DNA of 64,000 nucleotides from Thermoproteota archaeon (GTDB lineage: Archaea > Korarchaeota > Korarchaeia > Korarchaeales > Korarchaeaceae): the NCBI GenBank assembly GCA_027491415.1, contig JAOZFH010000055.1:1-64000 (forward strand), in the 5' to 3' direction. A program made the translations under genes and the position numbers. The notes beneath the pieces were generated by a model. The model did no database searches. It was not told where the DNA came from and saw only the letters and a program-made list of their open reading frames with translations. Shown piece by piece: positions 10,146 to 18,825 of this stretch (positions are counted from its first letter, which is position 1; each line of letters opens with the position of its first letter).

Positions 10146-11162
10146 TTGCCGGTAATCGACCGTAATGTGAGCGCGATTAAAAGATTGTTTGCGAGAGAGT
10201 TTTGGTGGATAGTGTATACCATAAGCAGGCTAATAGCTGGCTCTGGAAGCGAGGCAGACGCTATAGTTATCTCCGGATCTTCCAGATCCGGCACGACGTG
10301 GCTAATGGAGATTTTAGAAACTTTACGGGGATATAGGTCTATATTTGAGCCCCTAAATAGAGAGTGGTACAAAGAAGTAAGAAATATACACCTAGAAGGG
10401 TACCCCCGTCCTTACATTCCACCGGATGTAGAGAACCCCGATCTAGAAAATTACTTAGGTAGGGTCTTCCAAGGTAAAGTATCCGGACATGTGGAGCTGA
10501 GGCCACGCCTAAAAACCATTTTCAAGTTCCTAACTTCACCTAAAGTGGTTGTCAAATTTATAAGAGCAAATAGACTATTGCCGTGGATTTATAATAGATT
10601 TAGAGTGAGAGCTATTTATCTAATGATAAGGCACCCCTGCGCAACTATAGCATCTCAGTTAAATATTGGTTGGCGGATCGATCCTCGAGTTTGGACTCCA
10701 GTTGTGAAAGAGCTCTTTAACCATGACCCGGATGTGAGGGATGAGCTGCTTAGAATCATAAAGAGACCTGAGGACCCGGTAGAGCCGTGGGCACTGATGT
10801 GGGCTCTTGATTACTACATTCCTCTTTCTATGCCGAGACCACACCCGTGGTACACAGTGGTTTACGAGAAACTCCTGCTAGACGGTGAGTCGGAGCTAGG
10901 GAACATCTTTCGTTGGATTGGTGAAACTCCCTCAGATGCAGCTTACGCTAGGCTCGCGAGACCCAGCTCTGCGGCCAACAAATCAGTTCGGAAGGTCGGG
11001 GAGATCAATCCATCCGATCAACTGATTAAATGGAAGCGCTCATTAAGCTTAGATCAAATAAAAAGAATTCTTAGAATAACGGAGCTAGTTGGCCTTACTT
11101 TTTACACAGAAAGCGAGGAACCTGACTACGTAGAGTTAGCCAAGTGGAGTAGAGTGGGTTAG
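10146..11162 (+). CDS. PAPS-dependent sulfotransferase
   Basis: 5'-PSB loop ISGSSRSGTTWL, FEPL, 3'-PB motif MIRHPCATIASQ, VVYEKLL, C-terminal KWK. Confidence 0.85.
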   Translation: MPVIDRNVSAIKRLFAREFWWIVYTISRLIAGSGSEADAIVISGSSRSGTTWLMEILETLRGYRSIFEPLNREWYKEVRNIHLEGYPRPYIPPDVENPDLENYLGRVFQGKVSGHVELRPRLKTIFKFLTSPKVVVKFIRANRLLPWIYNRFRVRAIYLMIRHPCATIASQLNIGWRIDPRVWTPVVKELFNHDPDVRDELLRIIKRPEDPVEPWALMWALDYYIPLSMPRPHPWYTVVYEKLLLDGESELGNIFRWIGETPSDAAYARLARPSSAANKSVRKVGEINPSDQLIKWKRSLSLDQIKRILRITELVGLTFYTESEEPDYVELAKWSRVG

Positions 11163-11226
11163 GCATCCAGAATTAAAATACGCGGTGGTGATGTAATAAA
11201 AAGTCTACTGAATTTTTGGCCAGCCC

Positions 11227-12156
11227 CTAATGATAAAAAATGTAAGATTCCCACCTTCTGTATGTTTCCAGAAAATAGGGGTCTCCTGTCATTTGATAGA
11301 GCCGCAGAAGCAAGAGCACATGGAGAAAGTGGTACCTAGATGCAGATCTTTTGCCAAGCAAACTATAATATGTCCAGTTACCCGAATCATACAAATTGAG
11401 ATAGGCCCGTACAGTATCGAGCCCCTCGGCGTACAGCCGCTCTGCATCTGGATCCTTTGTAACGACATAAAAGTCGTGTATACCAATCAAGGCAAATATG
11501 AAACCATTAAGTACGTGTGGCTTTTTCTCACAAACGTACTCTAGATAAAAGGGGCGACCCTGTTCATCTAGCAGCGTGACACCCCCCTCCTCGACACCCC
11601 TGCGAAAAGCCTCAAGAGCCAGCCTTGCTGAACTTAAGTATGTATCATTGTGCGTGACGATGTATGCTCTCACAAGGGCAGAGATTGCCTGGCCCTGAGC
11701 CATGCCGGATATCCAGGGGGCTCTGCACCCGTACCTAGGAAAATCAAAATCGTAGACCCAAACGCCCAAGCCATCCTCCACTACCTGATTAGTTACTAAC
11801 CAATTTACATGTCTTAAAAATCGTTCTAGGTAAGTAGTGTTTCCCGTCAGGACAAAATCGTCGAAGTTATAGAGAGCGAACTCTGCTATGAACACTGGGT
11901 TGTATTGAACACCGATATCGCCTCCATAATCTACGACAACTATCCCCTCCTCATCAAATGATTTCCAGTCTACGAAATTTACGGCATAAATTAGGTAAAG
12001 CCACTCGAACTCTTTGCCCTCCCACTGGGACTGTAGGGTTAATCCAGCATGGCTGGAGCGCATACCCAAACCATATCCGGCCAGAAAAGTGAGTAAAATT
12101 AAGACGGCAATTAAGAATATTGTGTTAACTCTTAGCCGCCATTGCGCCCTCGTCAT
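11227..12156 (-). CDS. D-glucuronyl C5-epimerase family protein with N-terminal TM anchor
   Basis: WISGMAQGQAISALVRAY, FYLEY, HVLNGFIFALIG, YDSGNWTYYSL and RYHFLH match the C5-epimerase C-terminal domain. Residues ~12-31 are hydrophobic. Confidence 0.85.
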   Translation of the reverse strand: MTRAQWRLRVNTIFLIAVLILLTFLAGYGLGMRSSHAGLTLQSQWEGKEFEWLYLIYAVNFVDWKSFDEEGIVVVDYGGDIGVQYNPVFIAEFALYNFDDFVLTGNTTYLERFLRHVNWLVTNQVVEDGLGVWVYDFDFPRYGCRAPWISGMAQGQAISALVRAYIVTHNDTYLSSARLALEAFRRGVEEGGVTLLDEQGRPFYLEYVCEKKPHVLNGFIFALIGIHDFYVVTKDPDAERLYAEGLDTVRAYLNLYDSGNWTYYSLLGKRSASRYHFLHVLLLLRLYQMTGDPYFLETYRRWESYIFYH

Positions 12157-12668
12157 AACGACGGTTTAGTTTCCAAGAAAAATTTAAGTCCGTACTCGCG
12201 CTTGATGCACGCCAACTAAATCCATTTTCCAAGTCTAACCTTTTAAATTTCTGTCATAGAAGACAAACCTCGATTTTTCGAGAAATTTTGAGGAGAAACT
12301 CCGCTCCGGGACCTTTGAGTTGTGATTAGTTGAAGGGCGTTTTGTGCGCGCTCCCTGCAAGAGGCCACAGGCGGTCAACGAGCGACTTCACGGCTTGTGA
12401 TGTGGCTAGGAATTGCGCTATCCGGGCCTGCGTGTATGCTGCCGGTCTGCTGTGAATATAAACATATCCTATGGCTTTATGACCCTTTGAGCTCAAAGTC
12501 TACTCTTCCATGCTTTAAAACGTAAAACCCACGATCTTAGGACTCTCCGGCAGAGAAAAATCCGAGGTCTATTGGGAGATGGCACCGTACCTGAAAAAAG
12601 ATCAAGAACTAGGTCCTCCTACCTCTGCTCCAAGCAAGACTGAGCGAACCGTAGGAGAGATATTAATA

Positions 12669-12692
12669 TTTAATTAATTACATATCATTACA
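12669..12692 (+). promoter_or_regulatory. TATA box and tandem ATTACA repeat upstream of leaderless RHH-sat operon
   Basis: TTTAATTA at 12669-12676, about 25 nt before GTG 12701. ATTACA at 12677-12682 and 12687-12692, 10 bp apart. Confidence 0.5.
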
Positions 12693-12700
12693 ACACCCTC

Positions 12701-12919
12701 GTGCCCAAGAGACGCTACACGACGATCTCCATCCCTATCCCGCTCTACGAGAGGGTGAAGAAGATGATTGAGGGCACTGGCTTCTCTTCGGTCAGCGACT
12801 ACGTCACCTACGTGCTGAGAGAGCTCGTCGCGTCGTACGAGGAGTCGAAGCTCGACTTCACCAGAGAGGACGAGGAGCGCATCAAGCGCAGGCTCAGGGC
12901 CCTCGGCTATCTGGACTGA
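12701..12919 (+). CDS. Ribbon-helix-helix (CopG-like) protein with RLRxLGYL tail
   Basis: YTTISIPIPLYERVKK...FSSVSDYVTYVLRE, ending EERIKRRLRALGYLD. Confidence 0.85.
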   Translation: MPKRRYTTISIPIPLYERVKKMIEGTGFSSVSDYVTYVLRELVASYEESKLDFTREDEERIKRRLRALGYLD

Positions 12920-12936
12920 GCCGGAGGTGATCTGGC

Positions 12937-14085
12937 GTGGTGTCCAGGCCGCACGGCGGCAGGCTGGTAAACAGGGTGGCCTCCGACTCCAGGAGAGAGA
13001 AGATACTCGCTGAAGCAGCCGAACTCCCCCAGATACCGATAAGCGTGGAGAAGGCAATTGAGGCCGAGAACATCGCCAGGGGGGTCTACAGCCCCCTGGA
13101 GGGGTTCATGCTGAGCGAGGACTTCGAGTCCTGCCTCACCAGGATGAGGCTGGCGAGCGACGTTCCCTGGACCCTCCCGGTAGTCCTGGACGTGGAGGAG
13201 GGCAGCCTGGTCGACATCTCTGAGGGCGACGAGGTCCTCCTGACCCTCGACGGCTCTCCAACAGCCTTGATGGAGGTTGAGGAGATCTACAGGTACGACA
13301 AGAGGCGGACCGCCGTCTCGGTGTTCGGCACCGACAGCCCAGAGCATCCCGGAGTCCGCCGAACCCTGAAGATGGGCGACCTCCTGCTGGGCGGCAGGAT
13401 AACGCTAGTGGGCTCCGTGCCGAACCCCTACGAGAGGTACACCCTCTGGCCCATTGAGACCCGCGTGCTGTTCAAGGAGAAGGGCTGGAAGACCGTCGTC
13501 GGCTTTCAGACCAGGAACGCCCCGCACCGGGGCCACGAAGAGCTTCAGAAGACTGCCCTGGCCTTCGTCGACGGCGTGTTCATCAACCCCGTCATAGGGA
13601 GGAAGAAGCCCGGGGACTTCAGGGACGATGTGATCCTGGAGGCCTACAGGGCCCTCATCCGGCACTACTACCCGAGGGACACCGCCGTGCTCGCGATCCT
13701 CAGGTACGAGATGAGGTACGCCGGCCCGAGGGAGGCTGTGCACCACGCGATCATGAGGAAGAACTTCGGGTGCACCCACTTCATCGTCGGGAGGGACCAC
13801 GCGGGAGTCGGCAACTTCTACCCGCCCTACGCCGCCCAGGAGATATTCAGGGAGTTCCCCGACCTCGGGGTCACGCCGCTCTTCTTCAGGGAGTTCTTCT
13901 ACTGCAGGAGGTGCGGCGGCCTAGCCAACGAGAAGACATGTCCCCACCCAGAGTCCGACCGGGTGAGGTTCAGCGGCACGAAGATCCGCGAGCTTATAGA
14001 GAGGGGAGAGGTCCCGCCGCCGGAGGTCATGAGGCCCGAGGTGGCGGAGGTGATCCTGAGCTTCGAGGACCCCTTCGTCAGGTGA
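12937..14085 (+). CDS. sat: Sulfate adenylyltransferase (ATP sulfurylase)
   Basis: PHGGRLVN, QTRN, HRGH, MRYAGPREA, GRDHAG, Zn site CRRC...CPH. Confidence 0.97.
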   Translation: MVSRPHGGRLVNRVASDSRREKILAEAAELPQIPISVEKAIEAENIARGVYSPLEGFMLSEDFESCLTRMRLASDVPWTLPVVLDVEEGSLVDISEGDEVLLTLDGSPTALMEVEEIYRYDKRRTAVSVFGTDSPEHPGVRRTLKMGDLLLGGRITLVGSVPNPYERYTLWPIETRVLFKEKGWKTVVGFQTRNAPHRGHEELQKTALAFVDGVFINPVIGRKKPGDFRDDVILEAYRALIRHYYPRDTAVLAILRYEMRYAGPREAVHHAIMRKNFGCTHFIVGRDHAGVGNFYPPYAAQEIFREFPDLGVTPLFFREFFYCRRCGGLANEKTCPHPESDRVRFSGTKIRELIERGEVPPPEVMRPEVAEVILSFEDPFVR

Positions 14086-14097
14086 GGAGGGAGGGCG

Positions 14098-15132
14098 ATG
14101 GATGTGAGGCTGCCGGAGCCAGACGAGCTCGGGGACACGCTCGTCCTGCACCACTGGGACGCCGACGGCGTGGCGAGCGCGAGCCTGATTCTCGACTACC
14201 TCGGGGACTACGCCGAGCTCTACGTTCCGCCGCTGGGATTCTACTGGCTCGACTCCCAGGCGGCCAACGAAATACGGGACCTGGGGACGTTCGACACGCT
14301 GATGGTGCTCGACATGGCGCTTCCCGTAGAGTCCATAGAGAGAGCCGCCTCCGCGGCCGGGGCCGGCAGGGTGGTGCTGGTGGATCACCACGTGAGGCCG
14401 AGGGAGCGCTACCCGGCCTCCTGGGTCCCCCTGGTCGACGTAAGGCAGCCATCCGCGAGCTGGCACCTGACGCAGCTGCTGGGAGTTCAGCCTGACCTTC
14501 GATCGATCCTGGGAATTGCCGGCGACCTGGGCCCCACGCTCCAGTCTCACCCAGTCTACCCCCAGGTGATAGAGGTCCTGGAGTCTCTGGGAATTGGTGT
14601 AGTGGAGCTCGAGAGGCTGGCCGAGCTTATCGACGCCAACTACAGGGTCGGAGACAGGGAAGGCGTGAGGGACGCGGTCTTCGTGCTCAGCAGGGGACAC
14701 AGGGATCCGAGGTCGCTCCTCGATCTGAAGAAGTGGGTAATAAGGCACAGATCCGCCGAGGCCGAGGTCGAGAGGGTCGTGAGGGAGGCCAGCGTGGAGG
14801 ACTTCGGCAGCGTCGTCTACGTGGAGTTCGAGTCCCCTCACCTCCTGATCTCCACCGTGGGGAGGAGGTTCGCCTGGTCGAGAGAGGGCGTTGCCGTGCT
14901 CGTGCTCAACTCCCGGTGGAGGAGGGGGTACGCTCAAGTCTACTCAAGGGTCCACGGGCTCGACCTAGACCTCACGACCCTGGCCGAGATGGCCAGGGCC
15001 CGTGGCTACAGGGCCGGTGGGAAGCGGGAGGCCGTCGGCGTCATCCTGCCCGAGCTGGAGGCGAGGGAATTCGTCCGGCGCGCCCTCGACTGGCTGATGT
15101 CGGCCGCTCGGGAAGGGAAAGGAGGTGAGTGA
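14098..15132 (+). CDS. DHH-family phosphoesterase (candidate PAP 3'-phosphatase)
   Basis: HHWDADG, MVLD, LVDHH, AGD and GG of DHHA1. Substrate inferred from context. Confidence 0.8.
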   Translation: MDVRLPEPDELGDTLVLHHWDADGVASASLILDYLGDYAELYVPPLGFYWLDSQAANEIRDLGTFDTLMVLDMALPVESIERAASAAGAGRVVLVDHHVRPRERYPASWVPLVDVRQPSASWHLTQLLGVQPDLRSILGIAGDLGPTLQSHPVYPQVIEVLESLGIGVVELERLAELIDANYRVGDREGVRDAVFVLSRGHRDPRSLLDLKKWVIRHRSAEAEVERVVREASVEDFGSVVYVEFESPHLLISTVGRRFAWSREGVAVLVLNSRWRRGYAQVYSRVHGLDLDLTTLAEMARARGYRAGGKREAVGVILPELEAREFVRRALDWLMSAAREGKGGE

Positions 15133-16522
15133 GTTGGCAGGAGAGAGGGTCATGGTCATAGGGCTGGACTCGGCGCCGCCGTCGCTGGCGTTCGAGAGGT
15201 TCCTGCCCAAGATGCCGAACCTTTCCGAGCTCCTCGACGGGGCCAGGTACGGCCCCTTGAGGAGCTGCCACCCGCCTATAACCGTGCCTGCCTGGGCCGT
15301 GATGGCCACGAGCCTCACTCCGGGCGAGCTGGGGATGTACGGCTTCAGGCACAGGAAGCCCGGCGAGTACAGGGAGTACTACCTTGTGACCTCGAGGAAC
15401 CTGACGAGGCCAGCGGTGTGGGATCACGCCGCCAGGGAGGGGAAGAAAGCCTTGCTGATAGCCTTCCCGCCCTCCTACCCGCCCCTCAAGGTTCAGGGGT
15501 GGGTGATCAGCGACTTCCACACCCCCTCGACGGCCAAGAACTACACCCACCCGCCGTGGCTCAGGCTGGAGGTCGAGAGGGTCGCGGGAGGCCCCTTCAC
15601 GCACGACGTGGAGTTCAGGGTTGAAGACCGCGGACCGCTGGTCGAGAGGCTCTTCGAGATGACCAGTCAGCACCTCCGGGTCGCCGAGCACCTGGCGAGG
15701 ACCAAGAGGTGGGACCTCATGTGGTACGTCGAGATCGGCCTGGACAGGCTCCACCACGCGTTCTGGAAGTTCTTCGACCCCAGCCACCCGAGGCACGTCC
15801 CGGACAGCGAGTTCGCCGACGTGGCCGAGCGCTACTACCGCCTCCTGGACGAGGGGATAGGTAGACTCGTTCAGGCCGCCAAGGACGCCTCAATACTCGT
15901 CGTCTCGGACCACGGGGCGAAGGCGATGACCGGCGCCTTCGCGATCAACGAGTGGCTGGCGGACAACGGCTACCTGGCCCTGGAGGAGAGGCCCACGGAG
16001 CAGACGGGCCTCGCGAAGGCGAAGGTGGACTGGGACAGGACCGTTGCCTGGGGGTGGGGCGGCTACTACTCCAGGATCTTCGTGAACCTCAGGGGGAGGG
16101 AGCCACGGGGCAGGGTGAGCCCGGAGGACTTCGAGTCCACCCTGGCCCAGCTGGTGGACGACCTGAGGCGAGTCCGGGTTCCTGGGGGCGGGAGCCTCGG
16201 CGTAGAGGCCCACAGGCCGGCCGAGATCTACCCAGAGGTCAGGGGGGACGCGCCGGACCTCATGGTGTACTTCGGGGACCTGAGCTGGCGCGCCGCGGGC
16301 ACGATGGGCCACGGCAGGTGGTTCCTCCCCGAGAACGACACCGGCCCGGACGACGCGGTCCACGACTGGGACGGGATCTACCTGATTCGCGACCCGGAGG
16401 GGAGGGTGGAACCTGGAGAGCTTGGCGCCACGATCTACGACGTGGCGCCCACGATCCTGTCCCTGATGGGGTTGGGGATACCGGATGGGCTGAGAGGAGA
16501 ACCCCTCCTAGACGTGAGCTGA
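15125..16522 (+). CDS. Alkaline phosphatase superfamily (type I phosphodiesterase/nucleotide pyrophosphatase-like)
   Basis: IGLDSA, PPITVPAW, DRLHH, VSDHG, H-DWDG, IYDVAPTIL. Alternative start TTG at 15134. Confidence 0.88.
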   Translation: MSELAGERVMVIGLDSAPPSLAFERFLPKMPNLSELLDGARYGPLRSCHPPITVPAWAVMATSLTPGELGMYGFRHRKPGEYREYYLVTSRNLTRPAVWDHAAREGKKALLIAFPPSYPPLKVQGWVISDFHTPSTAKNYTHPPWLRLEVERVAGGPFTHDVEFRVEDRGPLVERLFEMTSQHLRVAEHLARTKRWDLMWYVEIGLDRLHHAFWKFFDPSHPRHVPDSEFADVAERYYRLLDEGIGRLVQAAKDASILVVSDHGAKAMTGAFAINEWLADNGYLALEERPTEQTGLAKAKVDWDRTVAWGWGGYYSRIFVNLRGREPRGRVSPEDFESTLAQLVDDLRRVRVPGGGSLGVEAHRPAEIYPEVRGDAPDLMVYFGDLSWRAAGTMGHGRWFLPENDTGPDDAVHDWDGIYLIRDPEGRVEPGELGATIYDVAPTILSLMGLGIPDGLRGEPLLDVS

Positions 16523-16537
16523 GGAGGTGCCTGGAGC

Positions 16538-17098
16538 ATGGCGGGAACAGTCGGGCGGTCGGGGAGGGGGTTCGTGATCTGGCTGACCGGACTCCCGGCC
16601 GCCGGGAAGACCACGCTCGCGAGGGTCCTGGCCAGGAGGCTCAGGGAGATGGGCTGGCGCGTCGAGACGCTCGACGGCGACGAGGTCAGGAGGTGGCTCA
16701 GCCCGGAGGCCGGGTTCAGCAGGGAGGACAGGGAGCGACACCTGAAGAGGGTGGCTCACGTCTCCAGGCTCCTGGCGAGGAACGGCGTCGCGGTCGTCGC
16801 GTCCTTCGTGTCACCCTACAGGAGGGTCAGGGAGGAGGTCAGGAAAATCGTCGAGGGGGAGGGGCTGAAGTTCGTGGAGGTCTACGTTAGGTGCTCCGTG
16901 GAGACCGCCATGAGAAGGGATCCCAAGGGCCTCTACAGGAGGGCGCTCAGGGGCGAGATACAGAACATGACGGGAGTTCAGGACGCCTACGAGGAGCCGG
17001 AGAACCCAGAGGTGATCGTCGACTCGGAGAGGATGAGCCCGGAGGAGGAGGCGGAGGAGGTCTTAGCCGCGCTCAGGAGGCTGGGAATCTCCGCCTGA
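16538..17098 (+). CDS. cysC: Adenylyl-sulfate (APS) kinase
   Basis: WLTGLPAAGKTT, LDGDEVR, VSPYR, RDPKGLY, TGVQDAYEEP. Confidence 0.96.
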   Translation: MAGTVGRSGRGFVIWLTGLPAAGKTTLARVLARRLREMGWRVETLDGDEVRRWLSPEAGFSREDRERHLKRVAHVSRLLARNGVAVVASFVSPYRRVREEVRKIVEGEGLKFVEVYVRCSVETAMRRDPKGLYRRALRGEIQNMTGVQDAYEEPENPEVIVDSERMSPEEEAEEVLAALRRLGISA

Positions 17099-17144
17099 GC
17101 GCCGGACCAACCTCTTTAAGTGCGCGGGCGGGGGGTGGCGAGAG

Positions 17145-17366
17145 GTGAGCCGAGTGGAGGGCGAGAAGGTGACGCTGGAGATCTCAAAGGAACTCTACGA
17201 GAGGGCCAAGAAGTGGGTGGAGAGCACGTCAGACTTCTCCTCCGTGGAGGAGCTCATAGAGTTCCTGCTCGGGGAGGTCCTCTCTGAGGAGTCCGGGGAG
17301 CAGGTCTACTCCCCCGAGGAAGAAGAGGAGATCAAGGAGAGGCTCAGGAGCTTGGGGTATCTGTGA
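17145..17366 (+). CDS. Ribbon-helix-helix protein with RLRxLGYL tail (paralog of 12701..12919)
   Basis: VTLEISKELYER...FSSVEELIEFLL...EEEIKERLRSLGYL. Own TATA-like TTTAAG at 17115-17120. Confidence 0.8.
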   Translation: MSRVEGEKVTLEISKELYERAKKWVESTSDFSSVEELIEFLLGEVLSEESGEQVYSPEEEEEIKERLRSLGYL

Positions 17367-17388
17367 GCCCCTCGGAGCCGGGGTGACC

Positions 17389-18597
17389 TCAGCCGAGCCC
17401 CTCCGCGGGTTCCCGTCCCGGCCTCGCCCTGTCGACCAGCCTGGCGAGGATCGCGGCCGAGGACCTGTAGATCACGAGGGAGGCGGCGAGGCCAGCCACC
17501 CCTGCTACCCCTCCCAGGAGCACGATCGAGGCGGCGAGGATCGACATCGCCACCAGGTTCACGGCCAGCACGCGAATCGGCCTCTCCTCGCTCAGCTTGC
17601 CGGCGGCCCATATGCTGAAGGCGGCTCCGGGGACGACCGCCAGGGAGGCTATCTGGGCGGCGGTGGCGCTCACGGGGTAGAACTTGGGGAACAGGAGTTC
17701 TATCGCGACGGGCGACAGGGCCGCCCCCGCCGCGGCGGCGAGCGTCGAGATCCCCATCCCGATCAGCTCCGCCTTTCGGGTTCGGCGGCCGGACGACTTC
17801 TCGGGGAGCAGATAGTTCCTGAGGCTGGTCGGGACGACGCCGAGGGCCGCGTAGAACTGGAAGGCCAGCTGGTAGTACCCGAGCGTCTCGTCCCCATAGA
17901 GGCCGCCGATGAGGACCTTGTCGAACTTCATCACCGCCGAGGACGTCATGGCCATCGCCAGCGCCGCGAGCGAGAACTTGATGTGGGTCCTCACCGAGGT
18001 GAGGCCCCTCCTCGCCTCCCTGAGCTCGCGGAGGATCCAGGCGGAGGAGACGAGGTTGGCCAGGGCGAAGCCTAGGAGAGCGCCGTCTACCCCGAGCGCC
18101 GGGACTGCCGCGAACATCCACGCCAGCATCCCGAGCTTGCTCGACACCTGCAGGAGGGCGTACCCCCTGTAGTCCCTCCTACCGAGCCTCTCGCTGGCTG
18201 CGATCATGTAGAGGGAGTACCCAAGCGTGATGAGCGGCAGGGTCGGGTGTAGGACCACGAGGGGGAGTCCCAGGGCCAATCCAGCGGCGGCAGCGGTCAG
18301 AGCGGCCCCTGAGGCAATGTGCCTGTCTCCCTTCGGGAGGTAGGCCTGGAGAGTGGCTGGCATCCCGAAGGCCGCAACGCTGGAGGCGAGGATGGCGATG
18401 GAGGTAAGGTAGTTGACTCTCCCGTAATTCGAGACCGTCAGGAGCTTTGCGAGCAAAAACCACGTCAGCGCGCCGAGTACGACGGCCGAGGAGTTCCCCG
18501 CCGTTACGAGGATCAGCCCCCTCTGTCTCCGTATCCCCCTAGCGAAGCCCCTGATCTGGGCCGGGATGAGTTCTGGAAGTTCCAAGGCCCCCATCAC
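17389..18597 (-). CDS. Oligosaccharide flippase (Wzx/MOP superfamily)
   Basis: About 12 TM helices, YGRVNY, and DKVLIGGLYGDETLGYYQLA, typical of Wzx. Confidence 0.8.
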   Translation of the reverse strand: MMGALELPELIPAQIRGFARGIRRQRGLILVTAGNSSAVVLGALTWFLLAKLLTVSNYGRVNYLTSIAILASSVAAFGMPATLQAYLPKGDRHIASGAALTAAAAGLALGLPLVVLHPTLPLITLGYSLYMIAASERLGRRDYRGYALLQVSSKLGMLAWMFAAVPALGVDGALLGFALANLVSSAWILRELREARRGLTSVRTHIKFSLAALAMAMTSSAVMKFDKVLIGGLYGDETLGYYQLAFQFYAALGVVPTSLRNYLLPEKSSGRRTRKAELIGMGISTLAAAAGAALSPVAIELLFPKFYPVSATAAQIASLAVVPGAAFSIWAAGKLSEERPIRVLAVNLVAMSILAASIVLLGGVAGVAGLAASLVIYRSSAAILARLVDRARPGREPAEGLG

Positions 18598-18825
18598 CGC
18601 CTCAAGGTCCTCGGTGCGTCTCAGGGCCCGCCCGCCTCGCCTGAGGGGCCGGCGCTCCGCGAACCCCCGGAGCCTCCGTCGTCCCCACTTAAAGAGATCT
18701 CGCCCCCGCGCCCGGCGTCGGCACCGCGACGCGGCGGCCGTGGAGATGAGGTCTCAGGATGACACTTTTATTTCGCTGGTCTCGTTGAGCGACAGAGATG
18801 CCCAGGGGTGCTTTAAGATGGGGAG

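Noticed and set aside
12485-12498. Perfect palindrome CTTTGAGCTCAAAG in the AT-rich spacer
   Set aside because: It is a single copy far from any start codon, with no repeat array or transposon ends.
12937-14085. sat as a marker of dissimilatory sulfate reduction
   Set aside because: It is in an operon with cysC near a sulfotransferase, with no aprAB, qmo or dsr in the window.
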